A DNA stretch of 64,000 nucleotides from Galbitalea sp. (GTDB lineage: Bacteria > Actinomycetota > Actinomycetes > Actinomycetales > Microbacteriaceae). The position numbers and the translations under genes are program-made. The stretch spans positions 3,560 to 67,559 of the forward strand of contig DASXCU010000150.1 in assembly GCA_036491035.1 (NCBI GenBank). Reading direction: 5' to 3'. Shown here piece by piece: positions 10,029 through 20,976 of the stretch. Under the pieces are notes generated by a model that worked only from the letters and a program-made list of their open reading frames with translations, did not search any database and was not told where the DNA came from. Each line of letters begins with the position of its first letter. Position 1 is the stretch's first letter.

Positions 10029-10859
10029 ATGGCAACGGCGCGACTGGCGGTGCTCGGTTCGCCGATCGCACATTCGCTGTCGCCGGACCTGCACCGCGCC
10101 GCCTATCGCGTTCTCGGGCTCGACTGGGCCTATGACGCCCTCGAACTGACGGGCGACGCCCTGCCGGAGTTCGTGCGATCACGGGACTCGACCTGGCGCG
10201 GACTGTCGCTGACGATGCCGCTGAAGCGGAACATCCTGCCACTGCTGGACGAGGTCTCGGAGGTCGCTCGGGAGACCGGTTCGGCGAACACGGTCGTGTT
10301 TGGATCCGGCGGCGACCTGCGTGGCTTTAACACGGATGTCCACGGGCTGACCGAGGGATTCGTGCGCGCGGGCGTCCGTTCGCTCGGCACCGCCCTGATT
10401 CTCGGTGGGGGAGCGACGGCGGCCTCCGCCCTCGTTGCGGCGCGGCGACTCGGAGCATCGACAATCTTTGTCGGCGTGCGTTCGGCTGACCGAGCCGCCG
10501 GGTTGGTCGAGATCGGTCGCGCCCAGGGCGTGACCGTGCAGGTGCGCGAGCTCGAGCGGCTGATCCAGATTGATGAGCCCCTGGATGCCGTGATCAGCAC
10601 GCTACCCAACGGCGTCGACGTTGCCGTTCCGCTCGATTCCGACATCGTTCGTGAGGCAACCCTGTTCGATGTCGCGTATTCGCCGTGGCCGACGCCGCTC
10701 GCGGCGACGTGGTCCGGACTCACCGTCATCGGGGGCCTGGAGATGCTCGTCCTTCAGGCCCACGCACAGGTTCGGGCATTCGTGAACGGCGACCCCGAGC
10801 AGCCTCTCGATCGTGATGACGAGGTGCTCGCGGCCATGCTGTCCGCTGTCGGACTGTGA
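10029..10859 (+). CDS. aroE: shikimate dehydrogenase
   Basis: [31 protein letters not shown], a GGGATAAS nucleotide-binding loop. AGGAG RBS. Confidence 0.85.
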   Translation: MATARLAVLGSPIAHSLSPDLHRAAYRVLGLDWAYDALELTGDALPEFVRSRDSTWRGLSLTMPLKRNILPLLDEVSEVARETGSANTVVFGSGGDLRGFNTDVHGLTEGFVRAGVRSLGTALILGGGATAASALVAARRLGASTIFVGVRSADRAAGLVEIGRAQGVTVQVRELERLIQIDEPLDAVISTLPNGVDVAVPLDSDIVREATLFDVAYSPWPTPLAATWSGLTVIGGLEMLVLQAHAQVRAFVNGDPEQPLDRDDEVLAAMLSAVGL

Positions 10860-10896
10860 GTCGGGCGCCCTGCGGGCCTGTGGGAGGATTGTGGCC

Positions 10897-12096
10897 ATGC
10901 TTCGTTGGTTGACCGCAGGCGAATCCCACGGCCCAGAGCTCATCGCCGTCCTCGAGGGGCTGCCCGCCGGCGTGCCCGTCGGGCTTGACTCCGTTCGCGC
11001 CGACCTCGCCCGCCGCAAGCTCGGCTACGGTCGCGGTGCCCGCCAGAAGTTCGAAGAGGATGAGCTTGCGCTGTCCGCCGGCGTTCGGTTCGGCCTGAGC
11101 ATGGGCAGCCCGATTGCACTCCGGATCGGCAACACCGAGTGGCCTCGCTGGGTCGATGTGATGAGCGCGGAGCCGGTCGACATCGAGAGCCTGCCGAAGG
11201 GTCGCGGCGCGCCCCTAACGCGACCTCGTCCCGGGCACGCCGACCTCGTCGGAATGCAGAAGTACGGCTTCGAGGAATCCCGCAACGTTCTCGAGCGCGC
11301 CAGTGCGCGCGAAACGGCCGCCAGGGTCGCGCTCGGCGCGATCGCCAAGTCGTTCCTCTCCGAACTCGGGATCACCACCGTCGCGCACACGCTGTCGATC
11401 GGGAGTGTGCGGGTGCCGGACGGCTCCGCGCTTCCCGAGCCAACCGATGTCGGCCGGCTCGACGCCGATCCGCTGCGCTGCTTCGACGCAGCGACATCGG
11501 CCCGCATGATCGCGGAGGTCGACAGCGCCCAGGACGACGGGGACACCCTTGGCGGGGTCGTCGAGGTTCTCGCGTACGGCGTTCCCCCTGGTCTCGGCTC
11601 CTACGTGCAGTGGGATCGCAAGATCGACGCCCAGCTCGCCGCCGCGCTCATGAGCATCCAGGCGATCAAGGGTGTCGAGGTCGGCGACGGCTTCGAGAGT
11701 GCCACCAGGCGCGGCTCGGTCGCGCACGACGAGCTGGTCACCGACGGATCGATCATCTCGCGGCTGAGCGATCGCGCCGGCGGCACGGAGGGTGGCATGA
11801 CGACTGGCACGGTCCTGCGCGTCCGTGCCGCGATGAAACCGATCTCCACGGTGCCTCACGCGCTCCGCACAGTCGATGTCGCCACGGGCGGCACGGCCGA
11901 GGCGCATCACCAGCGCTCGGACGTGTGTGCGGTGCCTGCGGCAGGGGTGATCGCCGAGGCGATGGTCGCCCTGGTGCTGGCGAACTCCGTACTGGAGAAG
12001 TTCGGCGGCGACTCGCTCGAGGAGACGCGCCGCAACCTGCGCGGATTCCTCGATGCCATTCCGACGAACCTCCGCACGGCAGAACGTTCCCTCTAA
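10897..12096 (+). CDS. aroC: chorismate synthase
   Basis: [15 protein letters not shown]..., [39 protein letters not shown] before the ATG at 10897. Confidence 0.95.
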   Translation: MLRWLTAGESHGPELIAVLEGLPAGVPVGLDSVRADLARRKLGYGRGARQKFEEDELALSAGVRFGLSMGSPIALRIGNTEWPRWVDVMSAEPVDIESLPKGRGAPLTRPRPGHADLVGMQKYGFEESRNVLERASARETAARVALGAIAKSFLSELGITTVAHTLSIGSVRVPDGSALPEPTDVGRLDADPLRCFDAATSARMIAEVDSAQDDGDTLGGVVEVLAYGVPPGLGSYVQWDRKIDAQLAAALMSIQAIKGVEVGDGFESATRRGSVAHDELVTDGSIISRLSDRAGGTEGGMTTGTVLRVRAAMKPISTVPHALRTVDVATGGTAEAHHQRSDVCAVPAAGVIAEAMVALVLANSVLEKFGGDSLEETRRNLRGFLDAIPTNLRTAERSL

Positions 12097-12098
12097 CC

Positions 12099-12617
12099 GT
12101 GTCACTCGTTCTGATTGGCCCAATGGGCTCCGGCAAGACCAAGCTCGGCCGTCGCATTGCGGGCATCCTTGGCAAACCGTTTCTCGACACCGATCGGATG
12201 ATCGTCGCGCAGCATGGAACGGTTGCCCAGATTTTCGCCGAATTCGGCGAGGCACACTTTCGGGCACTCGAGCGAGTGGCCGTCGAGGATGCGCTGGCCC
12301 AGGACGCGGTCGTCGCACTCGGTGGTGGCGCGATCCTGAACGAGCAGACGCAGGCCGACCTCGCGACTCGCCGGGTGGTTCTGATCATGGTCAGCGCCGC
12401 TGCCGTTGCCTCGCGGATCGGCGGAACGAAGAGGCCCCTGCTGACCGGCGGAATCGATTCCTGGGCGCAGATCCTGGAGAGCCGTCGCGCCATCTACGAA
12501 CGACTCGCCACCCGCACCTGGGACACGTCGTCCCGCCCACTGACGGCGATCGCAGCGGAGATCGCCGACTGGGCGGCTTCGGACGACTCGAGGGAGGCCC
12601 TCCGGGATGAGCACTGA
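12099..12617 (+). CDS. aroK: shikimate kinase
   Basis: GTG at 12099, 3 nt after the aroC stop. Walker A GPMGSGKT, FLDTD, GGGAI. It is the last 172 codons of the artefactual 492-aa track ORF 11139..12617. Confidence 0.85.
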   Translation: MSLVLIGPMGSGKTKLGRRIAGILGKPFLDTDRMIVAQHGTVAQIFAEFGEAHFRALERVAVEDALAQDAVVALGGGAILNEQTQADLATRRVVLIMVSAAAVASRIGGTKRPLLTGGIDSWAQILESRRAIYERLATRTWDTSSRPLTAIAAEIADWAASDDSREALRDEH

Positions 12618-13716
12618 AAAAGCGAGCATTGACAAGTCGAGCACCGCAACGACGGTGATCGGTGTCACGGGGGAGTCGAGCTACGACATCCTGGTCGGAC
12701 GAGGGCTCCTCGCGGGTATCGCCGACCAGATCGGAACGAAAGCGACCAAGGTACTCATCGTGCACGCGCCCACCCTCGGAGCACGCGCGGCGGCCCTGCG
12801 CGAGAGTCTTCTCGACCGGTACGAGGTCCTGCTCGCTGAGGTTCCGGATGCGGAGGCCGCCAAGCGCGTCGAGGTCGCGGCGTTCTGCTGGCAGATCATG
12901 GGCCAGACCGACTTCACGCGCACCGATGTCGTGATCGGCCTGGGTGGGGGAGCAACGACCGACCTCGCCGGCTTCGTCGCGGCCACCTGGCTGCGTGGTG
13001 TCGCCGTCATCCAGATTCCAACGACGGTGCTCGGAATGGTGGATGCGGCGATCGGCGGCAAGACCGGTATCAACACGGCCGAGGGAAAGAACCTCGTCGG
13101 CGCGTTCTGGGCTCCAAAGGCCGTCCTCGTCGATCTGGACCTGCTCGACACCCTGAGCAAGAACGAGATTCTCGCCGGCTCGGCCGAGATTGTGAAGGCG
13201 GGGTTCATCGCGGAACCCGAGATCCTGGACATCTACGAGGGCTCGGTCGAGCGGGCCACCGACCCGGAGACGCCCGAGTTCCGGCGGCTGCTGGAGCTCG
13301 CGATCGCTATGAAGGCACGTGTCGTGTCGGCCGATTTTCGTGAGGCCGGCCAGCGCGAGTTCCTGAATTACGGCCACACGCTCGGCCACGCCATCGAGCA
13401 CGCAGAACGTTACGGCTGGCGTCACGGCGCTGCTATCTCGGTCGGAATGGTGTTCGCCGCGGAGCTGTCCCGCCTCACCGGATCGCTGAGCGACGAGGCC
13501 GTCGACCGGCACCGCAGCATCCTGCGCTCACTCTCGCTCCCGACGACCTACCCACTCGGCCGGTGGAAGACGCTCCTCGCCACGATGCAGAGGGACAAGA
13601 AGAGCCGCGCGGGTCACCTGCGTTTCATTGTCCTGGACGACACCGGGAAACCATCGGTTCTGACGGCGCCGGACGAGTCGTTGTTATTTGCGGCGTACCA
13701 GGAAATCGGCGATTAG
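12607..13716 (+). CDS. aroB: 3-dehydroquinate synthase
   Basis: GLGGGATTDLAGFVAATWLRGV..IQIPTT, GGKTGIN, LNYGHTLGHAIE. Overlaps the aroK stop. Confidence 0.93.
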   Translation: MSTEKASIDKSSTATTVIGVTGESSYDILVGRGLLAGIADQIGTKATKVLIVHAPTLGARAAALRESLLDRYEVLLAEVPDAEAAKRVEVAAFCWQIMGQTDFTRTDVVIGLGGGATTDLAGFVAATWLRGVAVIQIPTTVLGMVDAAIGGKTGINTAEGKNLVGAFWAPKAVLVDLDLLDTLSKNEILAGSAEIVKAGFIAEPEILDIYEGSVERATDPETPEFRRLLELAIAMKARVVSADFREAGQREFLNYGHTLGHAIEHAERYGWRHGAAISVGMVFAAELSRLTGSLSDEAVDRHRSILRSLSLPTTYPLGRWKTLLATMQRDKKSRAGHLRFIVLDDTGKPSVLTAPDESLLFAAYQEIGD

Positions 13717-13719
13717 GGC

Positions 13720-14184
13720 GTGGAGCGTCGCACCGGGACGCGACCCTTAACCTCGACCGAGGGGCCGCACCGTCAGCTCTCCGACCAGTCCAGCCCCGCG
13801 CTCTGGGGAGAGCTGATAGCGCGAGCAACCGGCCTTCCTCACGTTCGCGAATACTTCAGCAGCGTCTCACCGGCCACGTCGCGAGCTCTGCTCTTCGACG
13901 ACCTCCTCGATGTCGTGATCGCCGAGACGTCGCTGGCGCCGGATGGACCACTCGAGCCCGTGCACATCCACGGCGTCGCAGACACAAGCCTTCACCTGTG
14001 CCTTCCGGCCGACCGCGCGCGTGCAGTGTGCGAGTCCGGTTGGGGCGAACCCCACCAATACGGCGATTTCGGCACCGAGATCATGGTGTACGGCCCGCGA
14101 GTCGAGGCCGAACTGGAGATCGTTCTGGGTCTGGTGGAAGAGAGCCTGCGGTTCGCGCGTGTTTCGAATGTCGACTCGCATTAG
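13720..14184 (+). CDS. luciferase-domain family protein (DUF5519-like), function unknown
   Basis: 154 aa starting 4 nt after the aroB stop. The pattern RP.T...PH.QL....P.LW.EL, EP.HIH...D.SLHL.LP...A......GWGEPH and VMVYGPR...ELE.V..LV..S resembles bacterial proteins annotated as luciferase family. Recognition is from memory only. Confidence 0.55.
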   Translation: MERRTGTRPLTSTEGPHRQLSDQSSPALWGELIARATGLPHVREYFSSVSPATSRALLFDDLLDVVIAETSLAPDGPLEPVHIHGVADTSLHLCLPADRARAVCESGWGEPHQYGDFGTEIMVYGPRVEAELEIVLGLVEESLRFARVSNVDSH

Positions 14185-14303
14185 CTCGCATCGCACAGGC
14201 TCGGAGAGCGGCGACTAGGGGCCGCCCACGATGTTGCCCGACTGAGCCTGCTGCTGCTGCAGTAGTTGCTGCTGGGTCAGCTGGTTCTGCACCAACTGGT
14301 GGG

Positions 14304-14528
14304 CTATGAGCCGCCCGAGACGTTCCGGCTGAGCATCTGCACCTGCGTGGCCGTTCCGAGGTTCTGGAGTGCCGTCTGGCGCTCGGACTCGTTGAGGGCG
14401 AGATTGGTGTTGCCGTCGGCGAGGCGACGAGCCGCCTTGGGCGTACGAACCAGGAAGAAGATGCATCCTCCGACGAGGATCACGAACGTGAGCCCTCCGA
14501 AGATGGCGGGAAGGACGTAAGCCGGCAT
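14304..14528 (-). CDS. small membrane protein, 74 aa (a Q-rich tail may continue in another frame)
   Basis: ATG at 14528 with a GAGGAAGG RBS. TM helix YVLPAIFGGLTFVILVGGCIFFLV. GC3-rich codons. TAG stop at 14304..14306. It is the C-terminal part of the spurious 392-aa track ORF. Confidence 0.45.
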   Translation of the reverse strand: MPAYVLPAIFGGLTFVILVGGCIFFLVRTPKAARRLADGNTNLALNESERQTALQNLGTATQVQMLSRNVSGGS

Positions 14529-14621
14529 GGAACCTTCCTCTGGTAGAACGAACTGTCTCTTGAGGGTGAGTGTAACTCCGAGAGGCACGATTTGGGCATA
14601 CCCGTTCACTAGGCTTGCCGC

Positions 14622-15056
14622 ATGACAAGCGTCCTCGTGCTCAACGGTCCCAATCTCGGCCGGCTGGGCAGCCGCGAGCCCGACGTCTACGGCGACCAGG
14701 ATCTGCCGGCACTGGCGAAACTGCTCGAAGCCGAGAAGCTGGGCGACATCGATCTGCGGCAGACCGACGACGAGGGCACCCTGATCGGCTGGCTGCACGA
14801 GGCGGCCGACTCGCGCATTCCGGTGATCCTCAATCCCGCCGCCTTCACGCACTATTCCTACGCGCTCCGGGATGCCGTCGCCCTCGTCACCAAAGACGGT
14901 GGCACGGTCATCGAGGTCCACATCTCGAACCCGCACGCCCGCGAAGAGTTTCGACACAACAGCGTCATCTCGGGTGTCGCGACGGGCGTGATCGCCGGGT
15001 TCGGCTTTCAGTCCTACGTCCTGGCGCTCCATGCCATTGGGCGGACGGCGGACTAA
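14622..15056 (+). CDS. aroQ: type II 3-dehydroquinate dehydratase
   Basis: [47 protein letters not shown]. Confidence 0.93.
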   Translation: MTSVLVLNGPNLGRLGSREPDVYGDQDLPALAKLLEAEKLGDIDLRQTDDEGTLIGWLHEAADSRIPVILNPAAFTHYSYALRDAVALVTKDGGTVIEVHISNPHAREEFRHNSVISGVATGVIAGFGFQSYVLALHAIGRTAD

Positions 15057-15071
15057 CCCCGTAGCATTGAG

Positions 15072-15096
15072 GGTCGCGCAATCGCGGCCTTCTTTT
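15072..15096 (+). terminator. intrinsic terminator after aroQ
   Basis: GGTCGCG-CAAT-CGCGGCC gives a 7-bp stem with one G-U pair, followed by TTCTTTT. Confidence 0.5.
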
Positions 15097-15134
15097 CGAG
15101 TAACAACATCCCCAGTAGTGAAAGTGGTACAGGC

Positions 15135-15698
15135 ATGGCCTCCACCAGCGATATTCGCAACGGCGTCGTCCTCAACATGGACGGCCAGCTCTGGACCGTC
15201 ATCGACTTCCAGCACGTCAAGCCCGGCAAGGGCGGCGCATTCGTGCGCACCAAGGTCAAGAACGTCATGACGGGAAAGGTCGTCGACCGCACGTTCAACG
15301 CGGGCGCCAAGATCGAGACCGAGACTGTCGATCGCAGCGACTTCCAGTACCTGTACAAGGACGGCGACGGCTACGTATTCATGAACACGAACGACTACGA
15401 CCAGATCACCCTGAGCGCCGCTCAGGTCGGGGACGCCCCGAACTTCATGCTGGAGAACCAGAACGTCACGATCGCGCTTCACAATGGCGACCCGCTATAC
15501 GTCGAGCTTCCGGCATCCGTGGTCCTCGAACTCACCTACACCGAGCCCGGGCTGCAGGGCGACCGTTCGTCGGCGGGAACCAAGCCGGGAACGCTCGAGA
15601 CCGGGTATGAGATCCAGGTTCCACTGTTTCTCGAGCAGGGCACCAAGGTGAAGGTCGACACACGTGACGGCAGCTACCTCGGCCGCGTAAACGACTAG
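15135..15698 (+). CDS. efp: elongation factor P
   Basis: [39 protein letters not shown]. Confidence 0.97.
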   Translation: MASTSDIRNGVVLNMDGQLWTVIDFQHVKPGKGGAFVRTKVKNVMTGKVVDRTFNAGAKIETETVDRSDFQYLYKDGDGYVFMNTNDYDQITLSAAQVGDAPNFMLENQNVTIALHNGDPLYVELPASVVLELTYTEPGLQGDRSSAGTKPGTLETGYEIQVPLFLEQGTKVKVDTRDGSYLGRVND

Positions 15699-16129
15699 TG
15701 GCGGAACGGGGTCCGGGTTCGCGCGGTAAGGCCCGCAAGCGCGCCATCGACGTGCTCTACGGAGCGGATGTCCGCGAGGAATCCATCAACGCTTCCCTGC
15801 TCGCGGAGGAGAATCGCCAGCTCGCCGACCCGACACGCCGCGCGAACTCGTGGGCGTACGCGAAGCAGATCGTGCAGGGTGTGGCCGAACACGGCGACGA
15901 GATCGACGAACTCATCGAGACGTACTCGCAGGGCTGGACGATCGAACGCATGCCCGCCGTGGATCGCGCGATAATCCGGATCGGTATCTGGGAGCTCCTG
16001 TACAACCCGGAGGTTCCGGAGGGCGTGGCGATCTCAGAGGCGGTCGAGGAGGCGAAGTCGCTGTCGACGGAGGACTCCTCTGGATTCGTCAACGGGCTCC
16101 TCGGACGGATCGCGGCGCTCCGCGCGTAG
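15698..16129 (+). CDS. nusB: transcription antitermination factor NusB
   Basis: GTG shares a base with the efp TAG stop. RKRAIDVLYGADV..., RMPAVDRAIIRIGIWELLY, ISEAVEEAK, FVNGLLGRI. Confidence 0.9.
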   Translation: MAERGPGSRGKARKRAIDVLYGADVREESINASLLAEENRQLADPTRRANSWAYAKQIVQGVAEHGDEIDELIETYSQGWTIERMPAVDRAIIRIGIWELLYNPEVPEGVAISEAVEEAKSLSTEDSSGFVNGLLGRIAALRA

Positions 16130-16148
16130 CGTCTTCTAGAGTTCAGGA

Positions 16149-18077
16149 GTGAGCGATTCAATGCTGCCTCCCGTCTCCCTTCCGTCGGCCGCGAGTGCGT
16201 GGCCCGACTTTGTCCGGAACTGGGCCGATACCAATCTCGCTCGATCCGAGCGCGCTGTCGCGACCCTGACGGACGGGGAGAAGCGATCCGCGACGGACGT
16301 TCTGGACCTCTGGAACGAGTCGGAACTCGGGTTGCGGAACGCCGCCGGCTTTCTGGGCCTCCTGGCCGAGGTCCATCCCGACGAGACAGTGCGCGATCTC
16401 GCGGAGGAGGGCACTCAACGCGCCGTGAAGGCCTCGACCGAGCGCGGCCTGAATCAGGCGCTCTACGAGGTGCTGGCCGCCGTTACCGGATCGGCCCTCG
16501 ATCCGCTCGACACCCGACTTCTGGACAAGGTACTGCTCGAGTTCCGTCGGAGCGGGATCGGACTCGATGAGCCAGCGCGGAACCGCCTGCGGGAGATCTC
16601 TGAGCGCTCCACCATCCTGGATCAGGACTTCTCGCGTGCCATCCGGGACGACGTGCGTTCCATCCACGTTCCCGCGTCCGCCCTGGAAGGACTCCCGGCC
16701 GACTATCTCGCGGCGCACCCGGTCGGCGACGACGGCCTCGCCACGATCACCACGGACTACCCGGACGCCGTGCCGTTCCGGATGTTCTCCCGCGACGCCG
16801 ACGCTCGTCGCGCCCTGCTCATCGAATCGAACAATCGGGCGTGGCCAGGCAACGACGGGTTGCTCGGCGAGCTGCTCGATCTCCGCGCCGAGGAGGCGAC
16901 ACTGCTGGGATATAACTCCTGGCCCGACTTCGATGCCGAGATCAAGATGGTGCGCAGCGCCGACGCGATCGACGACTTCATCCAGAAGCTTTCCGCGGCC
17001 GCGGACACCGCTGGCCGGCGCGACCGGCAGCGCCTGATCGAGCGCAGAGCGCAGGATGTGGCCGGAGCGATGACCATCGATGCGGCCGACGCGTCGTACT
17101 ACTCTGAGCTCGTTCGTCGCGAATCCTTCGACGTCGACTCGCAGGACCTGCGCGAGTACTTCGACTTCACGAAGGTGAAGCAGGGACTCCTCGATGTCAC
17201 GGGCCGACTGCTGGGGCTCGAGTACACGGCCGTTCCCGATGCCGCGACCTGGCACGAGGACGTCTCCGTCTACGACGTCGCGGTGAACGGACGACGCATC
17301 GGACGGATCCACCTCGACCTCCATCCGCGGGAGGGCAAGTACAAGCACGCCGCAATGTTCGACATCACGCAGGGCATCGCAGGAGAGCAGCTCGCCGAGG
17401 GCGCGCTGGTGTGCAACTTCCCGACCGGGTTGATGGAACACTCGCATGTCACGACGCTCTTCCATGAGTTCGGTCACCTCGTGCACCACATCGTCTCGAA
17501 CGACCAGAAGTACGCCAACTTCGCTGGCATCTCCACCGAGTGGGACTTCGTCGAAGCGCCATCCCAGATGCTCGAGGAGTGGGCGTGGGACCCCGGCGTT
17601 CTGCAGACGTTCGCGACCAATGCGGAGGGCCGTCCCATCCCGACCGACCTGGTCGAGCGGATGCGCGCGGCCGATGAATTCGGAAACGGCCTGTTCGTTC
17701 GCACTCAAACGTTCTACTCTGCGGTCTCGTTCTATCTCCACCGCGATCGACCGGCCGATCGCACGTCCGAGATCGAGCGACTGCAGGACACTTACGACCT
17801 GTACGCCTACGTTCCGGGCACGCACTTCCAGGCGTCGTTCGGCCACCTGACCGGGTACTCGTCCGCCTATTACACATACATGTGGAGCCTGGTCATCGCG
17901 AAAGACCTGTTCTCCGCCTTCAACCGCGACGACCTGTTCGATCCATCCGTGGCCGGACGCTATCGTGACCTCGTGCTCGCACCCGGCGGCAGCAAGGATG
18001 CCGCGGAGCTAGTGCGCGACTTTCTGGGTCGCGACTACTCATTCGACGCGTTCGCGGGGTGGCTGAACGCGAGCTAG
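16149..18077 (+). CDS. M3-family zinc metallopeptidase (oligopeptidase / dipeptidyl carboxypeptidase-like)
   Basis: Zinc motif TLFHEFGHLVHH with a downstream E (FVEAPSQMLEEW). The start is GTG 16149 or, more likely given AGGAG at 16145..16149, ATG 16161. Confidence 0.85.
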   Translation: MSDSMLPPVSLPSAASAWPDFVRNWADTNLARSERAVATLTDGEKRSATDVLDLWNESELGLRNAAGFLGLLAEVHPDETVRDLAEEGTQRAVKASTERGLNQALYEVLAAVTGSALDPLDTRLLDKVLLEFRRSGIGLDEPARNRLREISERSTILDQDFSRAIRDDVRSIHVPASALEGLPADYLAAHPVGDDGLATITTDYPDAVPFRMFSRDADARRALLIESNNRAWPGNDGLLGELLDLRAEEATLLGYNSWPDFDAEIKMVRSADAIDDFIQKLSAAADTAGRRDRQRLIERRAQDVAGAMTIDAADASYYSELVRRESFDVDSQDLREYFDFTKVKQGLLDVTGRLLGLEYTAVPDAATWHEDVSVYDVAVNGRRIGRIHLDLHPREGKYKHAAMFDITQGIAGEQLAEGALVCNFPTGLMEHSHVTTLFHEFGHLVHHIVSNDQKYANFAGISTEWDFVEAPSQMLEEWAWDPGVLQTFATNAEGRPIPTDLVERMRAADEFGNGLFVRTQTFYSAVSFYLHRDRPADRTSEIERLQDTYDLYAYVPGTHFQASFGHLTGYSSAYYTYMWSLVIAKDLFSAFNRDDLFDPSVAGRYRDLVLAPGGSKDAAELVRDFLGRDYSFDAFAGWLNAS

Positions 18078-18140
18078 TCTCGGACCGACGCTGAGAGGCC
18101 CGCGAGGCCTGCTAACGTAGAGCCAACAGACATCCTTTAA

Positions 18141-18168
18141 GTTCCGTCCAGAGAGGCGGGGAAGGAGG
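18141..18168 (+). promoter_or_regulatory. PyrR-binding RNA hairpin in the pyrR leader, abutting the Shine-Dalgarno sequence
   Basis: UCCAGAGAGGC at 18147..18157 matches the conserved core of the PyrR binding loop. It is flanked by arms UUCCG / CG(G)GGAA. The 3' arm runs into GGAGG (18164..18168), which lies 5 nt before the pyrR GTG. Confidence 0.6.
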
Positions 18169-18173
18169 TCAGA

Positions 18174-18704
18174 GTGACTGCACGCACTGTTTTGCAGCCC
18201 GCTGACATCACGCGAGCGTTGACTCGGATCTCCCACGAGATCCTGGAGTCCAATCGCGAGTCGCTGGACACGGTGATCCTGGGAATTCCGACGCGCGGGG
18301 TGATCCTCGCCGACCGGATCGGCGCAACCCTGAAAGCCGCCACCGACGTGACCGTCGAGGTCGGCTCGCTCGACGTCACCATGTACCGCGACGACCTCGG
18401 TCGGAAGCCCACTCGCGCACCGGCCAAAACGGCGGTTCCCGCCAGCGGCATCGACGGCAAACTCGTCGTGCTCGTCGACGATGTGCTGTATTCCGGGCGC
18501 ACGATCCGGGCCGCACTCGACGCGCTCAGCGCAATCGGCCGACCGCGTTACGTGCGTCTCGCAACGCTGGTGGACCGCGGTCATCGGGAACTTCCGATCC
18601 GCCCCGACTACATCGGCAAGAATCTCCCCACTGCGGACGGTGAGCGCGTGCACGTCCGCCTCGCCGAAATCGACGGTGTCGAGGAAGTGACGATCGAGTC
18701 ATGA
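18174..18704 (+). CDS. pyrR: bifunctional pyr operon regulator / uracil phosphoribosyltransferase PyrR
   Basis: PRPP-binding motif [18 protein letters not shown], plus [13 protein letters not shown]. Confidence 0.93.
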   Translation: MTARTVLQPADITRALTRISHEILESNRESLDTVILGIPTRGVILADRIGATLKAATDVTVEVGSLDVTMYRDDLGRKPTRAPAKTAVPASGIDGKLVVLVDDVLYSGRTIRAALDALSAIGRPRYVRLATLVDRGHRELPIRPDYIGKNLPTADGERVHVRLAEIDGVEEVTIES

Positions 18705-19651
18705 GACACCTCCTGAGCACGAAGGATCTGGACCAGGCCGCGGCAGTGGGCATCCTCGATGTCGCGGAGGACATGGCGGACGTAGCTACGCGCGAGGTCA
18801 AGAAACTCCCGACACTCCGCGGCAAGACCGTCATCAACCTGTTTTTCGAGGACTCGACCCGCACGCGAACGAGCTTCGAGCTCGCGGCCAAACGACTCTC
18901 CGCCGATCTCGTCAACTTCAGCGCGAAGGGCTCGAGTGTCTCCAAGGGCGAGGGGCTGAAGGACACCGCCCAGACGCTCGCGGCGATGGGCGCGGATGCG
19001 GTGGTGATCCGGCACTCGTCGTCCGGTGCGGCCCAGGTGCTGGCGGAGAGCGACTGGATCGACGCGGCAGTGCTGAACGCTGGCGACGGGACGCACGAGC
19101 ATCCCACCCAGGCACTGCTCGACGCCTTCACGATGCGCAAACGGCTTCACGGTGATGCCTCTCGCGGCAAAGACCTGAACGGGCTCAACGTCACAATCGT
19201 GGGCGACATCCTGCACTCGCGGGTCGCACGCTCCAACGTCTGGCTGCTCGCAACGCTCGGTGCCCACGTAAGAGTCGTCGCGCCGGCGACCCTGCTGCCG
19301 TCCGGAATCGACGGCTGGCCGGTCTCCGTCGGCTACGACCTAGACGCCGCCATCGACGACAACCCCGATGTCGTGATGATGCTTCGCATCCAGGCCGAAC
19401 GGATGCAGGCAGCGTTCTTCCCGAACTCGCGTGAGTACTCGCGCGAGTGGGGACTGGACGACGAACGGGTCGCCCGGCTGCGCCCCGATACGATGGTGAT
19501 GCATCCTGGGCCGATGGTCCGCGGGCTGGAAATATCCGCCGGCGCGGCCGATTCGGCTCGCTCGACGGTGCTCGAACAGGTTGCCAATGGGGTTTCGATA
19601 AGGATGGCCGTGCTCTACCTGCTGCTGGCAAGTGAAGGCGGTGAGCGGTGA
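18701..19651 (+). CDS. pyrB: aspartate carbamoyltransferase catalytic subunit
   Basis: [37 protein letters not shown] overlap with pyrR. Confidence 0.95.
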   Translation: MRHLLSTKDLDQAAAVGILDVAEDMADVATREVKKLPTLRGKTVINLFFEDSTRTRTSFELAAKRLSADLVNFSAKGSSVSKGEGLKDTAQTLAAMGADAVVIRHSSSGAAQVLAESDWIDAAVLNAGDGTHEHPTQALLDAFTMRKRLHGDASRGKDLNGLNVTIVGDILHSRVARSNVWLLATLGAHVRVVAPATLLPSGIDGWPVSVGYDLDAAIDDNPDVVMMLRIQAERMQAAFFPNSREYSREWGLDDERVARLRPDTMVMHPGPMVRGLEISAGAADSARSTVLEQVANGVSIRMAVLYLLLASEGGER

Positions 19652-20976
19652 ACCTCGTCCTCAGGGGCGTGACCCTTCCCGACGGCTCGACCACGGACCT
19701 TTTCGTGACCGATGGCCGCTTCGCCGAGAGCGCTGGCACGAAGGCAACGGTGATCGATGCCGCCGGCCTCCTCGCGCTACCGGGCCTCGTCGACCTGCAC
19801 ACCCACCTGCGCGAGCCGGGGTTCGAGCAGAGCGAGACCGTGCTGACCGGCACTCGTGCCGCCGCGGCCGGCGGGTTTACGGCGGTGCATGCCATGGCGA
19901 ATACCTCGCCCGTGGCCGATACGGCGGGCGTCGTCGAACAGGTCCACTCTCTCGGCGCGCGGCACGGCTATGCGACGGTCCGCCCGATCGGCGCGGTCAC
20001 GATGGGGCTGGCGGGGGAGCGACTCAGCGAAATCGGCGCGATGGCCAGTTCTCGCGCCCGAGTCAGCGTGTTCTCCGACGACGGGAAGTGCGTTTCGGAT
20101 GCGCTCCTGATGCGGCGCGCGCTCGAGTACGTCAAAACCTTCGGCGGCGTCATCGCCCAGCACGCCCAGGAGCCACGGCTCACCGAGAACGCGCAGATGA
20201 ACGAGGGTGAGCTCTCCGGGGAACTCGGCCTCACCGGCTGGCCGGCCGTCGCCGAGGAAGCCATCATCGCCCGCGATGTGCTTCTCGCCCAGCACGTCGG
20301 TGCCCGCCTCCACGTCTGCCACGTGTCGACCGCGGGCTCCGTGGATGTCGTGCGCTGGGCCAAGGCACGGGGAATCGACGTCACAGCCGAGGCAACCCCC
20401 CACCACCTGCTTCTCACCGAGGACCTCGCGCGCTCGTACGACTCGCGCTTCAAGGTCAATCCGCCGCTGCGCCGGGACGAGGATGTGCGGGCGCTCCGCG
20501 AAGCGGTCGCCGACGGCACCATTGACATCGTCGCGACCGACCACGCCCCGCACCCTCTCGAGTCGAAGGAGTGCACCTGGGACGAGGCATCCTTCGGCAT
20601 GGTGGGTCTCGAGTCGGCGCTGAGCGTCGTGCAGCTGGCCCTGGTCGACTCCGGACTCATCGGCTGGTCAGATGTCGCCCGCATCCTGTCGTCGAAGCCG
20701 GCGGAAATCGGCGGCCTGCCGGGATACGCTGCGCCCTTCGCAATCGGAAGCCCGGCCAACGTCACGCTCCACGACGCATCGTTCAGTCGAGTGTTCGCTC
20801 TCGACGACCTGTACGGCAAGGGACGGAACACCCCCTACCTGGGGCGGACCCTGCCGGGCCGCATCATCACCACGATCCACAACGGCTATCCGACGGTGCA
20901 GGGCGGCGCACTCGTCGAGCCAGACCAAGTCGCAGCCCACGCCGCCGAATTCACCGCAGGGAACCCCAGTGCATAG
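19648..20976 (+). CDS. pyrC: dihydroorotase
   Basis: [33 protein letters not shown] overlap with pyrB. Confidence 0.93.
   Translation: MNLVLRGVTLPDGSTTDLFVTDGRFAESAGTKATVIDAAGLLALPGLVDLHTHLREPGFEQSETVLTGTRAAAAGGFTAVHAMANTSPVADTAGVVEQVHSLGARHGYATVRPIGAVTMGLAGERLSEIGAMASSRARVSVFSDDGKCVSDALLMRRALEYVKTFGGVIAQHAQEPRLTENAQMNEGELSGELGLTGWPAVAEEAIIARDVLLAQHVGARLHVCHVSTAGSVDVVRWAKARGIDVTAEATPHHLLLTEDLARSYDSRFKVNPPLRRDEDVRALREAVADGTIDIVATDHAPHPLESKECTWDEASFGMVGLESALSVVQLALVDSGLIGWSDVARILSSKPAEIGGLPGYAAPFAIGSPANVTLHDASFSRVFALDDLYGKGRNTPYLGRTLPGRIITTIHNGYPTVQGGALVEPDQVAAHAAEFTAGNPSA

Noticed and set aside
11139-12098. N-terminal 320 codons of the 492-aa track ORF that ends as shikimate kinase.
   Set aside because: This stretch is an alternate frame over aroC and reads as Arg-rich nonsense. 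A GTG at 12099 right after the aroC stop gives a normal-length AroK.
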